This document shows, piece after piece, positions 57,591 through 64,000 of a DNA stretch of 64,000 nt. Source of the DNA: an uncultured Solirubrobacteraceae bacterium. Its GTDB lineage: Bacteria; Actinomycetota; Thermoleophilia; Solirubrobacterales; Solirubrobacteraceae. Every line of letters begins with the position of its first letter. Position 1 is the first letter of the stretch. The notes beneath the pieces were generated by a model. That model did not search any database. It worked only from the letters and a program-made list of their open reading frames with translations, and had not been told where the DNA came from. The position numbers and the translations under genes were made by a program. Where the stretch lies: assembly GCA_963706615.1 (NCBI GenBank), contig OY970163.1, positions 1,189,492 through 1,253,491 on the forward strand, written 5' to 3'.

Positions 57591-58469
57591 GTGCCGCTGC
57601 GCTTTGACCTGCAGTCCCACTCGACGCACTCCGACGGCGCGCTCGCGGCGGCCGAGGTCGTGCAGCGAGCCGCCGCGGCGGGCGTCCAGCTGCTCGCGCT
57701 GAGCGATCACGACACGATCAGCGGCGTCGCCGAGGCGATGCAGGCGGGCGAGCGCTTCGGCGTGCGCATCGTCGCAGCGGTGGAGATCTCGGCGGTCGAC
57801 GAGGGCGCGCCGGTCGGTCGCGAACTGCACATCCTCGGCTATGACATCGACCACACCGGTCCGCCGATGACCGACAGCCTCGTCGGCTTCCTCGCCGACC
57901 GCGAGAAACGCACGCTGCGCATGCGCGACGGCCTGCGCGAGGCGGGCTGGCAGCTCGACGAGACGGAGATCGAACAGCGCATCGCCGAGGGCAAACCGAT
58001 CGGGCGCCCGCATCTCGCCGCAGCCGTGCTCAACGCTCCCGCCAACGCCAAGCGCCTGGCGGACGAGGACATCGACGACGTCGGCTCGCTGATCCGCGGC
58101 TACCTGATCGAGGGCCGCCCGGCGTTTCGCCTGCGCGAGACGCCGACCGTCGGCGAGGCCGTCGAGGCGATCCACGCGGCCGGCGGCGTGGCGATCTGGG
58201 CGCACCCCTTCTGGGACATCGACAGCGCAGACGAAGTGCTGCACAGCATCGATCGCTTCCACGCGCTGGCAATGGACGGCGTCGAGGCCTTCTACGTCAC
58301 GCACGACGAGCGCCAGACGCGCCTGCTCGCCGAGCGATGCGCCGAGCTCGGGCTGCTGAGCACCGGCTCGGCCGACTACCACGGCCCGGACAACCGTCTG
58401 TTCTCGCGCTTTCTCGCCTTCGAGACGTACGGTCTAGAGCCGAACCTCGGCAGCATCGAAGATAAGTAA
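57591..58469 (+). CDS. PHP-domain phosphoesterase (TrpH/YciV-like)
   Basis: DLQSHSTHSDG, LSDHDT, ELHILGY, GRPHLA, AHP, GSADYHG. Confidence 0.92.
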   Translation: MPLRFDLQSHSTHSDGALAAAEVVQRAAAAGVQLLALSDHDTISGVAEAMQAGERFGVRIVAAVEISAVDEGAPVGRELHILGYDIDHTGPPMTDSLVGFLADREKRTLRMRDGLREAGWQLDETEIEQRIAEGKPIGRPHLAAAVLNAPANAKRLADEDIDDVGSLIRGYLIEGRPAFRLRETPTVGEAVEAIHAAGGVAIWAHPFWDIDSADEVLHSIDRFHALAMDGVEAFYVTHDERQTRLLAERCAELGLLSTGSADYHGPDNRLFSRFLAFETYGLEPNLGSIEDK

Positions 58470-58541
58470 AAACAAATAAGTAGATCGATGGTTCGCGCGT
58501 GCTCGGACCGCGCGAAGCGGAGAGCGCGAAGCCGCGCGCGG

Positions 58542-59723
58542 TCAGACCTCTGCCGTGTCTGGGGCGAGCAGCGCCTGCAGCCTGTAGGCGAGCGCCTCCA
58601 GCGCGAGCTCTTCGGAGACGTTGACCGACAGGCGCAGGCGCGTGTCCTGCACGAGCTCGATCGCCTCGCGCAGGCGCGCGGAGTCGCACTCGCGCGCGTC
58701 GTCGCGCAGCTCGGCGAGCCGGTCGACGGCGTAGACGAGCGCCTCGGCGCCCTCGCAGACGCACATCGCGTCGCGCAGCCACAGCTCGCCCAGGCGCAGC
58801 ATCAGATCGAGCGCCTGCGTGCGCGCGCGCCGCTCGCCGCGGCGCCTGGCGTCCATGCTTTCGCGCTCGAAGCGTTTGCGCTCTTTCGACGGCACCAGCT
58901 CGAGATCGTCGGCGAGCTGCTCCTGCGCGCGCACGCCCGCGCGCGCCCCGGCCGCCTTGGCCGCCTCGAGCATCTCAAGCCACGGACGCTCCGCCGTGTC
59001 CCCGGCCATCGCCGAACGCACGAAGGTCTCCGCGCCGGCGCGCAGCGCCGCCCCACCCTCGCCCGCCAGGTGCGCGGCGAGCTGCGCGTCACCGAGCGCC
59101 AGCCGCGCGCACGCCTGCGCGCGATCCTCGGCGACATCGCCGAGGCCTTCGGCGATGCGCGCCGGCGGCAGCGGGTCGAAGCGCACCGGCTGACAGCGCG
59201 AGGCGATCGTCGCGAGCACGTCCTCGCGGCGATCGGTCAGCAGCAGCAGGTGCACGAAGTCCGGCGGTTCCTCGAGCGTCTTGAGCATGCGGTTGGCCGC
59301 CTGGTCGTTCATCGTGTCGACCGCCTCGATCACGAACACGCGCCGCGCGGACTCAAACGGCGTGCGCGTGGCGCCCGCGACGACCGGCTCCTCGATGTCC
59401 GCCACGAGCATTTCCGCGGCGCCCGACGGCTTGACCCACGTCATGTCCGGGTGCGTCCCGCGCGCGATCCGCTCGCGCGCCAGCTCGACCTGCTGCGGGC
59501 TGTCCGACAGCAGCGCCGCGGCGAACGCCCGCGCGATCGCGCGCTTGCCTGTGCCCGACGGCCCGTGGAACAGATACGCGTGCGACGGCGACCCCCGCTC
59601 GCGCAGCGCCGGCGCGAGCACGGCGCGCGCGTGCGGATGTGCGGCGATGCCCGGCAGCTCGCCCTCGACATCCCGCGATGCCCGCGACGGCGGCGGCCGC
59701 GCTGAGGCTCGATCGGTGTCCAC
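58542..59723 (-). CDS. holB: DNA polymerase III delta-prime subunit
   Basis: SHAYLFHGPSGTGKR, HPD, AANRMLKTLEEPP, LATIASRCQ. Start is GTG 59723 or ATG 59732. Confidence 0.9.
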   Translation of the reverse strand: MDTDRASARPPPSRASRDVEGELPGIAAHPHARAVLAPALRERGSPSHAYLFHGPSGTGKRAIARAFAAALLSDSPQQVELARERIARGTHPDMTWVKPSGAAEMLVADIEEPVVAGATRTPFESARRVFVIEAVDTMNDQAANRMLKTLEEPPDFVHLLLLTDRREDVLATIASRCQPVRFDPLPPARIAEGLGDVAEDRAQACARLALGDAQLAAHLAGEGGAALRAGAETFVRSAMAGDTAERPWLEMLEAAKAAGARAGVRAQEQLADDLELVPSKERKRFERESMDARRRGERRARTQALDLMLRLGELWLRDAMCVCEGAEALVYAVDRLAELRDDARECDSARLREAIELVQDTRLRLSVNVSEELALEALAYRLQALLAPDTAEV

Positions 59724-59858
59724 CGCGCCCATCGTAGACGCGGGCACAACCGGTCGCGCCCCCCGCGCCGAGCGCCCCGATCTCCCGACCAGGCGCACGA
59801 CGTCCCGCCGGCCGGTCCGCCCCAACGCGCCCCGCGCGGGTTTAGCATGGGCGCCGTC

Positions 59859-60503
59859 ATGGCCTCCGCGCCCGCACTCCCCCGCCAGCTCCGCCGCGCG
59901 CAGACTCGCGCGCGCTCGCACACGCTCGCATCCCGCGCCGTGCTGCTGGCGATGCTCGTCTCGACGAGCCTCGCCGCGCCCCTCCGCGCGGCGGCGGCCG
60001 CCACGCCCACGTTCCCCGTCCCGGCGTCGGCGAAGACGCCCGCCGGCCCCGCGACCGCGACGAGCTCCACGGCGACCGCAGGAGCGGCGACGCCGACGAC
60101 GACGTACGCGCCCTCCGGCGGCGCGACCGCGCCGAGCGCGGCGACGCCGGGCGCCCCGGCCGGTGCGCTGCCGGGCGCGGCGACGAGCGCGCCGGGCGCG
60201 ACCACCCCGGCAACGCCCGCTGTGACTCCGGCGACGACGCCCGGCGCGACGCCCGCGACCGGTCCCGCCGCCGGCGCGCACGCGACCGCGAGCAAGGGCG
60301 ATCGCCCGCTGTCGACGGGCGCGATCGTGATCGCCGCGCTCGCGGCGCTGCTCGTGCTCGCGTGCCTCGCGTGGGCGCTCGCCCGGCGCAGCGTCTTCGA
60401 GCCGCACTGGCTGCTCTCGCTGCGCCACGCGACGGCCGAGGCCGGCTTTCGCGCGTCCGCGACCTGGTCGGAATTCGCCGACTGGGCGCGCCTCGGGCGC
60501 TGA
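59859..60503 (+). CDS. Secreted Ala/Thr/Pro-rich protein with C-terminal TM anchor
   Basis: Signal-like N-terminus, ATP/ATT repeats, TM helix and tail EAGFRASATWSEFADWARLGR. Confidence 0.6.
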   Translation: MASAPALPRQLRRAQTRARSHTLASRAVLLAMLVSTSLAAPLRAAAAATPTFPVPASAKTPAGPATATSSTATAGAATPTTTYAPSGGATAPSAATPGAPAGALPGAATSAPGATTPATPAVTPATTPGATPATGPAAGAHATASKGDRPLSTGAIVIAALAALLVLACLAWALARRSVFEPHWLLSLRHATAEAGFRASATWSEFADWARLGR

Positions 60504-60833
60504 CGAACCCGCTCGCAGCGAGAAACATCTTCTCCGCCGCCGCCCGGCGCCCGCCGGCCCGCAGCCGACCGCGAGCAGCGCGCGCGGGCACCGGGCGCCC
60601 TGTCCACGCCGCCGATCACGAGAGCGCAGAACGTCGCGACTTTGCAGCGCATTTCACCGCCGTCAGAGACCGGCAAGGGGCGCCTGGAGTAGTAAAATAC
60701 GAGGTACTTCTTGACCGTTTTCGAGCTTGATCGCGCGCGCTTTTCCGTCTGCCCTGTGCGCCACGATGCTTGACCCCCGATCAACAGCTCGAATGGCCGC
60801 CCGTGACGCCGGAGCAGCAGAGGAGGAAGGTCG

Positions 60834-63695
<2,862 letters not shown>

Positions 63696-63722
63696 CGCTC
63701 TGATCTCGTCTGTGGAGGCACG

Positions 63723-63756
63723 CGTGATGGGCGGGCGGCGTTGCCCACCCATCACG
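63723..63756. terminator. Hairpin terminator between convergent genes
   Basis: CGTGATGGGCGGGC...GCCCACCCATCACG stem-loop downstream of nrdJ. Confidence 0.65.
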
Positions 63757-63766
63757 GCGCGGCGAC

Positions 63767-64000
63767 CTACGGAGAGGTCGTGGGCATCTTGCCTTCGGAC
63801 TCTTCGGCCTCGCGCTTGGCGCTCTCTTTGGCCTCGTGTCCGGCGTTCTCGTTGGGTTTGAACGCTCCTGTCGGAGCGGTCCCCTGCGGCGGCCCTGACG
63901 GTGCTTCGCCTGATGGGGTCGCAGCCTGCGACGGGGTGGTCGCCGCGGTCGTGGTCGTCGTCGCTGCGCCGCTGGAGGCCGCGCCGAAGACGGTCGCGCC
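63767..64000 (-). CDS. 3-prime part of a small Thr/Ala-rich, probably secreted protein (truncated by the window edge)
   Basis: Open frame GATVFGAASSGAATTTTT...FKPNENAGHEAKESAKREAEESEGKMPTTSP* translated by hand. Confidence 0.55.
   Translation of the reverse strand, partial: GATVFGAASSGAATTTTTAATTPSQAATPSGEAPSGPPQGTAPTGAFKPNENAGHEAKESAKREAEESEGKMPTTSP

Noticed and set aside
58460-58535. AT-rich patch with ATAAGTA twice and GCGCGAAGC twice between convergent genes
   Set aside because: Too short; probably a termination region, with no supportable structure.
59440-59530. HolB lacking the C4 zinc module
   Set aside because: Loss of this module is known in several bacterial lineages.
60504-60833. 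Cobalamin riboswitch or NrdR boxes upstream of nrdJ; intein in nrdJ
   Set aside because: No B12-box or convincing NrdR palindrome was found by eye, and the protein is continuous through NPCSE with no intein motifs.

Overview
High-GC actinobacterial chromosomal DNA. The gene content, the leaderless TANNNT promoters and the secreted-protein style suggest Thermoleophilia/Solirubrobacterales (inference). It holds about 52 CDS and 3 tRNAs (Ser-GCT, Ser-TGA, Thr-CGT). No CRISPR array, rRNA, transposase or integrase was seen. The standout is a ~14 kb locus (5392-19085) with five paralogous PAPS-independent arylsulfotransferase (ASST)-like beta-propeller proteins that reach the cell surface by different routes (Sec, lipoprotein, N-terminal anchor). 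One of them is fused to a 14-TM MFS exporter through an extra helix. The locus also carries an oppositely oriented Tat-exported Cys-type sulfatase, a translationally coupled GNAT, and a 61-aa Ser/Thr-rich lipopeptide ending in Tyr. Together these make a candidate extracytoplasmic sulfation/desulfation system. The rest comprises a VapBC module beside two tRNA-Ser genes, TetR/XRE-regulated hydrolases and MFS pumps with visible operators, an ECF42-type sigma with a DGPF partner, kup, corA, a block of secreted proteins next to tRNA-Thr, two P450s, recQ, holB and nrdJ. All functional calls come from reading motifs by eye; no database search was run.
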